Assembly (NCBI GenBank): GCA_963765675.1
Contig: CAVXXK010000001.1
Location: 1,440,001-1,504,000, forward strand
Length of the DNA stretch: 64,000 bases
Reading direction: 5' to 3'
DNA from: an uncultured delta proteobacterium
GTDB lineage: Bacteria; Desulfobacterota; Binatia; Binatales; Binataceae
In this document: positions 48,336 to 57,620 of the stretch, piece by piece
Numbering within the stretch: position 1 is the stretch's first letter
Layout of the letters: each line of letters opens with the position of its first letter
Notes under the pieces: generated by a model
Databases searched by the model: none
Seen by the model: the letters and a program-made list of their open reading frames with translations, nothing else
What the model was told of the DNA's origin: nothing
Program-made: the position numbers and the translations under genes

Positions 48336-49172
48336 TTGATCAAGAAAATTCTCGTCGGCATCGACACCTCCGAACATTCCCGCAACGCGCAGGCCTACGC
48401 CTTTAACCTCGCTCGCCGCCTTGGCGCGACCCTGATTGGAGTCCATGTCGTCGATATCGTGTCGATCGAAGGATCCTTCTTCCATGATATATCAGGTTCG
48501 CTCGGTCTTGAACCATATCTGGACTTTTCTTCGAAGATGCGAGAGGTGCTGACCGCGCGCGGCCGCACCGTGCTCGACGAATTCGCGGCCGCCGCCCAGC
48601 GTGAGAACCTGGCCGCCGAAACCGTGCTGGACATGGGGATCGTCGCCAACCAGATTTGCGATCGCGCCAAGAGCGCCGACCTGGTGATGATCGGGCATCG
48701 CGGCGTCAACGAACGTTTTTCGAGCGGGCTGCTCGGTTCGACCGCGGAGGCGGTGGCGCGCAAATGTCCGCGTCCGCTGTTCATCGCGCCGATGAAGTTC
48801 CGCGAGATCCAGCGCCCGGTGCTTGCGTATGACGGCAGCGAGCGCGCCTCGCGTGCGATGCGCGCGGCGGCGGAAGTCGCGAACGGACTGGGCGTCGCGT
48901 TGACCGTGGTCACCGTCGCGCGCGATCCGAAGCTGGGCGAGCGGACGCTAGAGGAGGCGCGCAAGTATTTCGAGCCGTACACTCCGCCCGCGGAATTCAA
49001 GCTGCTCGCGGGGCACGCCAACGAGGAGATCATCAAGTTCCTGAAAGAGCGCGACGCCGACCTGCTTTTTATCGGCGCATACGGCCACAGCAGGATAATC
49101 GAGATGGTGCTCGGCTCGACCACCGAATACGTCCTACGCAATTCTCCGTGCCCGGTGTTTCTCTCACGCTGA
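48336..49172 (+). CDS. Tandem universal stress protein
   Basis: ILVGIDTS, DLVMIGHRG..LGSTAE, LAYDGS, IGAYGHSRI..LGSTT; GGAGG RBS. Confidence 0.92.
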   Translation: MIKKILVGIDTSEHSRNAQAYAFNLARRLGATLIGVHVVDIVSIEGSFFHDISGSLGLEPYLDFSSKMREVLTARGRTVLDEFAAAAQRENLAAETVLDMGIVANQICDRAKSADLVMIGHRGVNERFSSGLLGSTAEAVARKCPRPLFIAPMKFREIQRPVLAYDGSERASRAMRAAAEVANGLGVALTVVTVARDPKLGERTLEEARKYFEPYTPPAEFKLLAGHANEEIIKFLKERDADLLFIGAYGHSRIIEMVLGSTTEYVLRNSPCPVFLSR

Positions 49173-49260
49173 TCCGGATCCAGTGCATTCCTCTGTCATG
49201 CCCGCGCGGCGGTGACTCGAAGCTCGGCGAGCGCTACGATCCCGATTCGGAGCAAGGCTG

Positions 49261-49845
49261 GTGAAATCCTGGGACGCTCTTCCTGACTGGGTGCTTGAGG
49301 AGGGGGGCGAGATTACTCGCGCGTTCGTCTCTGCCGGAGCGAAAGATTTTCGTGCTGCAGCTCGCTATGTCCACGCGCTGCCGTATGGACGCAACAGCTC
49401 TCGCACCGATCCGCTGATCGTGATTCGCGAACATCGAGGCACGTGCAGCACCAAGCACGCGCTGCTGGCGCGGCTCGCGCTCGAGCAGCGGCTGGAAATC
49501 GGCCTGGTGATCGGAATTTATCGAATGACTGAACGCAACACGCCCGGCGTTGGACGCGTGCTCGGAGCCAACGGACTCGAATACATCCCCGAAGCGCACT
49601 GCTACCTTCGCTATCTCGAGGACCGGATCGACGTGACGCGCGAAATCGCGGGTGGACCGGCGGAACCGATCGCGCACTTTCTTTACGAAGAAGAAATTTC
49701 GCCGGAGCAAATCGGTGACTACAAGATCGCGCTTCATCAGCGATGGATGCGCGAGTGGATCGCATCACCGAATGGCCCGCGCGGTTTCGGTTTCGATGAA
49801 CTATGGAAAATCCGCGAGAAGTGTATCGCCGCGCTGGGACAGTGA
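49261..49845 (+). CDS. Hypothetical protein, transglutaminase-like Cys-His-Asp fold
   Basis: LPYGRN, GTCSTKHALL, IPEAHCYL, RIDVT. Confidence 0.7.
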   Translation: MKSWDALPDWVLEEGGEITRAFVSAGAKDFRAAARYVHALPYGRNSSRTDPLIVIREHRGTCSTKHALLARLALEQRLEIGLVIGIYRMTERNTPGVGRVLGANGLEYIPEAHCYLRYLEDRIDVTREIAGGPAEPIAHFLYEEEISPEQIGDYKIALHQRWMREWIASPNGPRGFGFDELWKIREKCIAALGQ

Positions 49846-49851
49846 ATCGCG

Positions 49852-50592
49852 ATGAAACAGAACATCTATGACAATCCCGCCTTCTTCGAGGGTTACTCGA
49901 AATTGCGCCGCCATGAAGGCGGTCTCAACGCCGCGCTAGAATGGCCCGCGCTGCATTCGATGCTCCCAGCGCTCGGTGGGCTCCACGTGCTCGACCTTGG
50001 ATGCGGCTTCGGCAAATGGTCGCGCCTGATGCGCGAAGAGGGCGCGGCCTCGGTGGTCGGTATCGACATCTCGATCAGGATGCTCGAGCGGGCGCGTGCC
50101 GAGAACGCGCTTGATGGGGTTGCGTATATCAATTGCCCGATCGAAGACGCGGCATTCGATCCTGAAAGCTTCGATTTGGCGACCAGTTCGCTAGCGTTGC
50201 ACTACGTCGAGCGCTTCGACCGCGTGTGCGCGAATGTCGCGCGATGGCTCAAGCCGGGCGGCTCGTTTGTGTTTTCCGTCGAGCATCCGATTATCACCGC
50301 GAATCCAGCAAACCTCGAAGGATGGTGCCTTGACGCGGGCGGAACCAGGCGGCATTGGGCGGTCGATCATTATCGCGACGAGGGCTTGCGCAACACGCGA
50401 TGGTTCGTTGACGGCGTGATAAAATACCATCGCACGATGGAGACCTATCTCAACACGCTGATTGATTCGGGACTCACGATCGCGCGCGTGCTCGAGCCCG
50501 AAGGGACGCCGGAGTTCGTGCGCTCGCAGCCGGACCTCGCAGAGGAGCGGCGCCGACCGCCTTTTCTGCTGATCTCGGCGCGCCGCAAGTGA
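49852..50592 (+). CDS. Class I SAM-dependent methyltransferase
   Basis: QNIYDNP.FF, VLDLGCGFG, SSLALHY, LKPGGSFVFSVEHP. Confidence 0.92.
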   Translation: MKQNIYDNPAFFEGYSKLRRHEGGLNAALEWPALHSMLPALGGLHVLDLGCGFGKWSRLMREEGAASVVGIDISIRMLERARAENALDGVAYINCPIEDAAFDPESFDLATSSLALHYVERFDRVCANVARWLKPGGSFVFSVEHPIITANPANLEGWCLDAGGTRRHWAVDHYRDEGLRNTRWFVDGVIKYHRTMETYLNTLIDSGLTIARVLEPEGTPEFVRSQPDLAEERRRPPFLLISARRK

Positions 50593-50601
50593 CGTACACA
50601 G

Positions 50602-51207
50602 TTACGCTTGCGGTTCGGTCTCGCGCTGGCGGATGAAGCGCCCGAGCAGCAGCCGCATCGAATCGACTGGCTGAATCCCGATCATCGGGAAGTCGCCGAG
50701 CACGAAGGTCGGATAACCGAGCGCCGAATGCTCGTCGGCCTCGCGTCGATGCTGCTCGAGCCGCGGCGCCATCCGGCGGCTTTCCAGATCTTCGCGGAAC
50801 TTGATCGAATCCATTCCGGCTCGCCCGGCGATCTCATCGAGGATCGCCGGTACGGAAATGTCTGCGCGATCTTCGAATGCCGCGCGAAACACTGCTTCGT
50901 GATACTCGCTGAATACGTCCGCGTCGCGCGCGAGTTCCGAGCCTTCCAGGGCCGCCGAGGAATCGATCCATCGCTCGAGCGGGGCGACTGCGATTCCGGT
51001 TTCGGCCGCGACCATCAGGACCTTCTGGCGCTCGAGATCGGTGATCGCGCGCCCGGCCTTGGCGCGGTTATCGCGCAGCGCGATTGGCACGCCCTTCCAC
51101 AGCGCGTCGAAGCCGAGCTCGGGCTCGAGCTCCCGTACGATACGCCACGCGACATAACACAGCGTCGATGCGTAATCGAAAAAGATTGGAATCACTACGC
51201 GCGGCAT
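50602..51207 (-). CDS. DsbA/FrnE-like thioredoxin-fold protein
   Basis: FFDYASTLCY, LGYPTFV, GIQP. Confidence 0.8.
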   Translation of the reverse strand: MPRVVIPIFFDYASTLCYVAWRIVRELEPELGFDALWKGVPIALRDNRAKAGRAITDLERQKVLMVAAETGIAVAPLERWIDSSAALEGSELARDADVFSEYHEAVFRAAFEDRADISVPAILDEIAGRAGMDSIKFREDLESRRMAPRLEQHRREADEHSALGYPTFVLGDFPMIGIQPVDSMRLLLGRFIRQRETEPQA

Positions 51208-51298
51208 CATGAACCAACCGAATTATCGGCCTGTTTCGAAGAATCGCGCAAATGCACGCGTACTTGCGTGCGCCGCTTGCCTGGACGAATCTTGCGCG

Positions 51299-51826
51299 AT
51301 GGATACCAAGCGCCGTCCGGTCCTGAAACTTGGCGTGGTCGATCTCGGCGTCGAGACCGCGACGCTGCCCAACGCAGTAACAGTCGATCTCGCTGTGATC
51401 CGGCATCCGGGCGCAGCCGCGATCGTCGCGCTCGACGCGGACCGCACCATCGCGATGCTGAGCCAGTGGCGCCACGCAATCGGCGCGTGGATTTGGGAAA
51501 TCCCAGCTGGATGCCGCAACGCGGGCGAGGACGCTCTAACCTGCGCGCGGCGCGAGCTTGGTGAAGAGGCAGGGCTTGCGGCGGCCAAGTGGGACCATCT
51601 GGGCGGAATCGTAACGATCCCGAGCTTCTGCGACGAGCGAATTGAGCTCTACCTCGCGCGCGAGTTGTCAACCGGCCATGGCGCGCTCGACCATGACGAA
51701 GTGATCAAGGTCAGCCGAGTCGCTTTCACAGAGACCTTCGCGATGATCGACCGCGGAGAAATCGTCGATGCGAAAACGATCGCGGCACTCTATCGAGCGC
51801 GAGAGTTCCTCGCACTCGCGAAGTAA
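51299..51826 (+). CDS. NUDIX hydrolase (ADP-ribose pyrophosphatase-like)
   Basis: HPGAAAIV, WEIPAG..GED..CARRELGEEAG, DAKT. Confidence 0.9.
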   Translation: MDTKRRPVLKLGVVDLGVETATLPNAVTVDLAVIRHPGAAAIVALDADRTIAMLSQWRHAIGAWIWEIPAGCRNAGEDALTCARRELGEEAGLAAAKWDHLGGIVTIPSFCDERIELYLARELSTGHGALDHDEVIKVSRVAFTETFAMIDRGEIVDAKTIAALYRAREFLALAK

Positions 51827-51905
51827 CATCATCGGCTCAGCGCGGACCTAGGACACGAAAACCTCACGACCTGGACAAGTCGGCTAAATTCGACGGATGT
51901 CGCGC

Positions 51906-53507
51906 TCATTTGCCGTGCGCGGAGAGCCAGACGTGCTCGAAACGGGTGGGGCGCATCGGGTTGAGGACGTAGTCGTGGACCCAGGGCTGATGGATTACGT
52001 CGATCACCGGATAGTAGAGGAACACCCACGGCGCGTCGGCGATCACGATCCGCTGGGCCTGATCGTACAGCGCGTAGCGTTGCGTGAAATTGGTTTCGCG
52101 CGCGGCGCGATCGAGCAGCGCCTCGAATTCGGGATTGTAATAGAAGCTATCGTTGTTCGAGCCCCATTGGCTGCGCGAAAGCAGCGTGCCGAGCACATTG
52201 GTCGGATCGGGAAAGTCGGCTTCCCATCCGTAGAGAAATGCCGGCGCGGTATGCGGCTGGCGAATCGCTTCGAGAAACGGACCCCACGCGACCGGCTTCA
52301 GAATCGCACTGACGCCAACCTCGGCAAGGTCTTGCTGAATCGATTGTCCGAGCATCAACACAGTTGGGTCGGCGCGCATCCAGATTTCAAAGCTGAATCC
52401 TCCGCCCAGATGCGCTGATTCGAGCAGCGCGCGCGCCCGCGCGGGGTCGTGCGAATAGTTTTCGAGGTCAGGGACGAAGCCGGGCATGTTCGGTGGCAGC
52501 GGCTCATGCGCGACCACGCCGCGGCCGTTTAAGATCGCAACCAGCTTGTGGCGATCGATCGCGTAGCTCATCGCGCGGCGCACGCGAACGTCGTCGAATG
52601 GCGGCATCTGGCAGTTCATGCCCAGGTATTCGGTAGTCACGGTGGTTTTGCGCAGCACCAGCTTCGCGAGCGCGGGAGTTTTCATCACGTATGGAAACTC
52701 AGCGGGCGGGATCTGCGCGACCAGGTCCAGATCGCCGGCCTCGAACCTCAGCCATTGCAGCTCGGAATCGACACCGAGCGAATCGACCACCGCGTCAAGC
52801 CGCGGCAATCCCTTGTCGAAATAGTATGGATTTTGCACGATGACGATTCGCTGGCCGCCCTTCCATTCGCGCAGCATGAACGCGCCGCTGCCTACGGGAT
52901 GATGCGAGAAATCGTCGCCCCATCGCGCTACGACTTCGCGCGGAACCGCCGCCGCAAATGGCATTGCGAGCTTGTGCGGAAAAATCGGATCGGGCGCACT
53001 CAGATGAAAACTGATCGTCCACGCGTCGGGCGTCTCGATTCCGCTGACGTGCGCCATCCGATGCGCCGCGAAGTCATCGGCTCCCGCAATCCCGCGGTAG
53101 TACTCCATTCCCTTCGAACGCGTCGCCGGATCGATCACGCGCTCAATCCCGTAACGCACGTCGTCGCTGGTGACGGCGCGCCCGGTCGAAAAGCGCGCGT
53201 CGCGCCGCAGATGAAAGGTGAAGCTCATCGCGTCAGGCGCGGCTTCCCAGCTCGTCGCCAAGTCCGGCTCGAGTTCGACGTTATCTTCACCATAGCGAAC
53301 CAGCGTGTCGAAGATCGCCTGCTCGAAGGTCCACGACAACGTGTCGTAACCGGCCGCCGGATCGAGCGTTGGAATATCGTCCGCGTCGGCCAGTCTCAAC
53401 ACCATCGCATGCAAAGGAAATTCCGGCGCGCCGCTATTGGCGCGGCAGCCGCAAAGTGCGACCACGAGCGCCGCAACAATCAACGCATAGTGCCGCCAAA
53501 GATTCAT
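51906..53507 (-). CDS. Peptide/nickel ABC transporter substrate-binding lipoprotein (family 5)
   Basis: LCGC lipobox, TLDPA, FHLRRDARFS.G, PVGSGAF, DVRVRRAM; ATGA overlap. Confidence 0.92.
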   Translation of the reverse strand: MNLWRHYALIVAALVVALCGCRANSGAPEFPLHAMVLRLADADDIPTLDPAAGYDTLSWTFEQAIFDTLVRYGEDNVELEPDLATSWEAAPDAMSFTFHLRRDARFSTGRAVTSDDVRYGIERVIDPATRSKGMEYYRGIAGADDFAAHRMAHVSGIETPDAWTISFHLSAPDPIFPHKLAMPFAAAVPREVVARWGDDFSHHPVGSGAFMLREWKGGQRIVIVQNPYYFDKGLPRLDAVVDSLGVDSELQWLRFEAGDLDLVAQIPPAEFPYVMKTPALAKLVLRKTTVTTEYLGMNCQMPPFDDVRVRRAMSYAIDRHKLVAILNGRGVVAHEPLPPNMPGFVPDLENYSHDPARARALLESAHLGGGFSFEIWMRADPTVLMLGQSIQQDLAEVGVSAILKPVAWGPFLEAIRQPHTAPAFLYGWEADFPDPTNVLGTLLSRSQWGSNNDSFYYNPEFEALLDRAARETNFTQRYALYDQAQRIVIADAPWVFLYYPVIDVIHQPWVHDYVLNPMRPTRFEHVWLSAHGK

Positions 53508-54316
53508 CGCGCGCGCCGCCCGAGTACGCCGTAACCCAGCAGATTGAACCCGAGTACCGCGTAAAAGATTGCGAGTCCTGGCGAGATCGCGAGCCACGGC
53601 GCGGTGCGAAAATACATCGTCCCTTCCGCCACCATCCGTCCCCAGCTCGGCGCCGGAGGCGGCACGCCGAGCCCAAGAAAACTCAACGCGGCTTCGAGCA
53701 GCAGCGTTCCCGAGGTGCCGAGCATCGCCATGACGACGATTATTGGCACGAGATTGGGCAGGACGTGACGCACGATCAGCCGCGGCGCCGGAGCTCCTAG
53801 CGTGCGCGCCGCGAGCACAAAGTCGCGCGCCGTCATGGACATCGCCTCGGCGCGAACCACGCGTGCGACCTGCGTCCACGAAACGACGCCGATCACGAGC
53901 AGGACACTCAGCAGGCTCGGGCGCAGCACCGCGACTAGCGCCATCGCGAGCAGCAAAAACGGCAGCGAGAGCATCACGTCCGTGAACCGCATCAGGATCA
54001 GATCCACCGCGCCGCCGAAGAAACCCGAGCCGAGGCCGATCGAGACGCCGATCGCCATCGTCAGCGCCATCGCCGCGACTCCGACCACCAGCGAGATGCG
54101 CGCGCCGAAAATTATTCGCGACAGAACGTCGCGGCCGAGCTGGTCGGTGCCGAGCGGAAATCTTATCGATGGCGCACCTGGATCGCCGAAGGTCGCGGCG
54201 ACCGCGCGAGCCGGATCATGCGGTGCGATCAGCGGCGCGAAAATCGCCACGAGGACCAGGCTCAGCACCATCGCGCCGCCGATCAGCTCGAGCCAGTTGA
54301 CCCGCTGCGAGGTCAT
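53504..54316 (-). CDS. Peptide ABC transporter permease (DppC-like)
   Basis: PLGTDQLGRDVLSRIIFGARISL, AARTLGA..RHVLPN, LSFLGLG..PSWG. Confidence 0.92.
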   Translation of the reverse strand: MTSQRVNWLELIGGAMVLSLVLVAIFAPLIAPHDPARAVAATFGDPGAPSIRFPLGTDQLGRDVLSRIIFGARISLVVGVAAMALTMAIGVSIGLGSGFFGGAVDLILMRFTDVMLSLPFLLLAMALVAVLRPSLLSVLLVIGVVSWTQVARVVRAEAMSMTARDFVLAARTLGAPAPRLIVRHVLPNLVPIIVVMAMLGTSGTLLLEAALSFLGLGVPPPAPSWGRMVAEGTMYFRTAPWLAISPGLAIFYAVLGFNLLGYGVLGRRAR

Positions 54317-55242
54317 CGCGATCGCTCCAGCCGGATACGCGGGTCGAGCCACGCGTAGAGGACATCGACCGCGATATTCGCCGAGACGATCAGGAGCGCG
54401 CTGAACAGCACGATTCCCATGATCAGCGGAATGTCGAGGTTGAACACCGCTTCGTACGCGAGCCGGCCGATTCCCGGCCAGTTGAAAACCGTCTCGGTCA
54501 AAACCACGCCCGAGAACATGCTGGCGAGGTCGAGCCCGGCAATCGTCACCAGCGGCAGCATCGCATTTGCCATCGCATGCGTCAGCATCGCGCGGGCGTT
54601 CGAGAGTCCCTTGCCGCGCGCGGTGCGGATGTAATCCTGATCCATCGCGTCGGACAGGTTGGTGTGCAGGATTCGCGAGTAATAGCCCGCCGAGCCGAGC
54701 GCGAGCGTGAGCGTCGGCAGCACGAGGCTTAACGGTCCGCTGAATCCTCCGAGCGGAAAAGTGCGCAGGTAGAGTCCGCCCGCGATCAGGAGCATCGTGC
54801 CGAGCCAAAATACCGGCATCGAGACGAGAGCCAGAGAAAGGACCAGCAGCGTGTTGTCTGCGGCGCGGCCGCGGTACGCCGCCGCGACCGAGCCCATCGC
54901 TACGCCCAGGACAAGCGACAGCGCCATCGCGGCGAGCGCGAGGATCGCGGTTGCGGGAAAGCGGCTCGCGATCAGCGCGGAGACGTTTTCGCGGCGGACG
55001 TACGAGCGTCCGAGGTCGCCGTGTGCGGCACGATCGAGATAACGTGCATATTGTATGTACAGCGGCTGGTCGAGACCGAGCTGATGGCGGATCGTCGCAA
55101 GCGTCTGCGGATCGGCTTTTGCGCCGACCATCGTCACCGCGGGATCCGCCGGAATCACGAACGCGATCAGGAATGTGATTAGCGTGGTGCCGACCAGGAC
55201 CGCAGCGCCAAACACGATTCGCCGCGCCAGATAGGTCAGCAT
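54313..55242 (-). CDS. Peptide ABC transporter permease (DppB-like)
   Basis: LGLDQPLYIQY, GDLGRSY, DYIRTARGKG, ETVFNWPGIG, LDPRIR. Confidence 0.93.
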   Translation of the reverse strand: MLTYLARRIVFGAAVLVGTTLITFLIAFVIPADPAVTMVGAKADPQTLATIRHQLGLDQPLYIQYARYLDRAAHGDLGRSYVRRENVSALIASRFPATAILALAAMALSLVLGVAMGSVAAAYRGRAADNTLLVLSLALVSMPVFWLGTMLLIAGGLYLRTFPLGGFSGPLSLVLPTLTLALGSAGYYSRILHTNLSDAMDQDYIRTARGKGLSNARAMLTHAMANAMLPLVTIAGLDLASMFSGVVLTETVFNWPGIGRLAYEAVFNLDIPLIMGIVLFSALLIVSANIAVDVLYAWLDPRIRLERSR

Positions 55243-55245
55243 TGA

Positions 55246-55509
55246 TCAGCCCGAGATTATCTCGCGCTCGAGCAGCTCGCGATGCAACTTGCGCAGCGCG
55301 CGCTCGCGTCGGCGCTCGGCGGCAGAATCAGCGGCGTCGGAGTCCAGCGCGGCGCGATCTTCGGATGGAAGCAAATCCAGCAGGGTACGCATTTCGGCGA
55401 GGATCCGCCGCTCGCTGTCGCCAAGTGTCCGCGATGACTGCAGCGCGCGATAGTGCGCGACAAACGCGGCGAGCGACGCGTATGTAAGCGATTGCCGCGC
55501 GGCGCTCAT
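55246..55509 (-). CDS. 87-aa hypothetical helical protein
   Basis: ATG overlaps VIT1 stop (ATGA); stop 3 nt before the DppB-like start. Confidence 0.7.
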   Translation of the reverse strand: MSAARQSLTYASLAAFVAHYRALQSSRTLGDSERRILAEMRTLLDLLPSEDRAALDSDAADSAAERRRERALRKLHRELLEREIISG

Positions 55510-56231
55510 CCTGCAGTTGCTCCGAGCGGAGAGATCGCCAATCCGATCAGGTATCCTGCTACCGCGGCGGCCAAAGCGATCGCAAGAAAGCGCACTCCTG
55601 AACGCCAGCGCTGCGGGCGCCGCGCCATCCAACCCTCGAAATAGCCGACTCCGAACAGCGCCAGCGCGGTTGCGCCAAGCGCAGAACCCAACGCAGCGTC
55701 CGTTCCTGGCACCAGCAAATAAGGCAGCAGCGGAACCACCGCCCCGACCGCGAACGCAACTCCCATCACGACTCCGTCGAGCGCTGCGTTCGAGCGCATC
55801 GCGCCGGCGAGTCCGTAAACTTTTTCCTCCGCGGTTTCCATCAGCAATTCCGGAGAGCTGCTGAGCAGTTGTACGACACGGTAACCGGCCTCGCGCGTGA
55901 GGCCCTGCTTCTCGAACTCGTCGAGCAGCGCCTCCTGCACGACGTACGGACGCTGTACGGCCTCGCGGCGTGTGCGCGCGACCTCGCTTGCCATCACTTC
56001 GCTCTCGGCGCGCGTGCCCAGATACGCGCCCGCGCCCATCGAGAGCGCGCCGGCCGCGGTCGAGGCGAGTGCGGCCAGGACGATTTGCGTATGGTCCGAG
56101 ACCGCGCCGCTGAGTCCGGCCAGCACCCCGGCGGTGGTGAGCACGCCGTCCTGCGCGCCGAAGACAATTTCACGCACGCTCGAAAGCCGTTCAAACAGCC
56201 GGCGCTTTTCGACTGGTTTTGATGCAGCCAA
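55506..56231 (-). CDS. VIT1/CCC1 family Fe/Mn transporter
   Basis: REIVFGAQDG, AGALSMGAGAYL, GAVVPLLPY. Confidence 0.9.
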   Translation of the reverse strand: MAASKPVEKRRLFERLSSVREIVFGAQDGVLTTAGVLAGLSGAVSDHTQIVLAALASTAAGALSMGAGAYLGTRAESEVMASEVARTRREAVQRPYVVQEALLDEFEKQGLTREAGYRVVQLLSSSPELLMETAEEKVYGLAGAMRSNAALDGVVMGVAFAVGAVVPLLPYLLVPGTDAALGSALGATALALFGVGYFEGWMARRPQRWRSGVRFLAIALAAAVAGYLIGLAISPLGATAG

Positions 56232-56237
56232 GGGCGA

Positions 56238-56765
56238 TTAGAATTTCCGGTCGGCCGGTCCGAAGCCGCTGCCCGGTGTCCAATCCGCAGGACAGAGGCG
56301 ATTGGTGCGCAGCGCCTGGACGATCCGCAGAATCTCGCTGACGCGGCGTCCGATATTGATCGGGCACGCTTGCGAGAACGCGATCTTGCGTACCTGATCG
56401 ATGACGAAGGTCGCCCGCATCGCAACTTTTTCCTGTTCGTCGAACACGCCGTACGCTCTGGCGAGTTGTCCTCCTTCGTCGGCAACCAGCGGCAGCTCCA
56501 ACCCGCCGAGTTCGCGCGACCATCGGCGATGGCTCTCAGCGTCATCGACGCTCGCGCCGATCACGGCGGTTTTCTCGGCGCGAAACAGGCCGAGCGACTG
56601 GTTGAAACCGGTCACCTCGGTTGGACAGATAAAGGAAAAATCCCGCGGATAAAAAAATAGGACGATCATTTCGTCGTCGAGCTTCGACAGCGTAACGCGG
56701 CCGATACGGTCTCCGGTCGCGGCGGAAAGATCGAACGGCGGTGCGCTGTCTCCAGGTCTGAGCAT
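56238..56765 (-). CDS. Peroxiredoxin, AhpC type (2-Cys)
   Basis: FFYPRDFSFICPTE, RATFVID, IGR...E.LR, LCPADW.PG. Confidence 0.9.
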   Translation of the reverse strand: MLRPGDSAPPFDLSAATGDRIGRVTLSKLDDEMIVLFFYPRDFSFICPTEVTGFNQSLGLFRAEKTAVIGASVDDAESHRRWSRELGGLELPLVADEGGQLARAYGVFDEQEKVAMRATFVIDQVRKIAFSQACPINIGRRVSEILRIVQALRTNRLCPADWTPGSGFGPADRKF

Positions 56766-56798
56766 GATCAGATTGCGAGTGTTGCCATCTTGCGTGCG

Positions 56799-57524
56799 TT
56801 ATTCAATCGCATAGGTGAGCGTCACATTTGCAGGGATCGTCACCTGCCCGGCCTCGATCGGAGTGGACACGTTCGCCGCCATCCCGACGGCCATCGCGCG
56901 CATCATCGGGACCGGACGGACCTCGGCCTCGGTCGAGGCTTTGAGCACGCTGCCGAGTTTGACCCCGAGCGCCGCGGCCAACGCTTGCGCCTGCGACTGC
57001 GCGTCGTGCGCCGCCGCGGTGATGGCCTGCGAGCGCGCCTTGACGTTGTTCTTGACGGTGAAATTCAGATAGTTGATGCGATTGGCGCCGGCCGCGATTG
57101 CCGAATCGATCAGAGGACCAACCAGGTCCAGCGTCGCGGTCTCGACACGAATCGAGTTCTGCGCGTTGTATCCGATGATCTTCGCGGTATCGTCGCCCGG
57201 ATGCTGCCGGTAGTCCGGGCTGAGCGAATATCCTCCGGTCGAAATCTGTCCGCTGCCCGCGAGCTTGGACTTGAGCGCGTCCATGACCTTGGTTGCGAGT
57301 TCTGCATTGCGCTTGGCGGCGTCGGCGGCGTTCGGCGCATGAGTCTCGATCGCGAAATCGAGGACTGCATAGTCGGGAGGCACGCTGGCCTCGCCACTAC
57401 CGGAGACCACGATCGTTCTCGCCGCCTGCTCGGCTGCGGACGCCGGTTCCATCGGTGCGGCGAGCGCTGCGATCGGTAAGGTTATCGCCAGGAGCATAAG
57501 CGTTGAAACAAATCTGATACGCAT
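56799..57524 (-). CDS. SIMPL (DUF541) domain periplasmic protein
   Basis: Signal peptide; IVVSGSGEASVPPD, GYNAQN, AGANRI, PIEAG; listed ORF upstream of 57524 is antisense to proS. Confidence 0.88.
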   Translation of the reverse strand: MRIRFVSTLMLLAITLPIAALAAPMEPASAAEQAARTIVVSGSGEASVPPDYAVLDFAIETHAPNAADAAKRNAELATKVMDALKSKLAGSGQISTGGYSLSPDYRQHPGDDTAKIIGYNAQNSIRVETATLDLVGPLIDSAIAAGANRINYLNFTVKNNVKARSQAITAAAHDAQSQAQALAAALGVKLGSVLKASTEAEVRPVPMMRAMAVGMAANVSTPIEAGQVTIPANVTLTYAIE

Positions 57525-57620
57525 GCGGATTCTCCCCGGGCTTTTCCGCCCGACGCATTGATCCACGCAGATAATAGCCGGAGACTTATCCCTTTGACGA
57601 TACGCAGAGGATAGCCCGCG

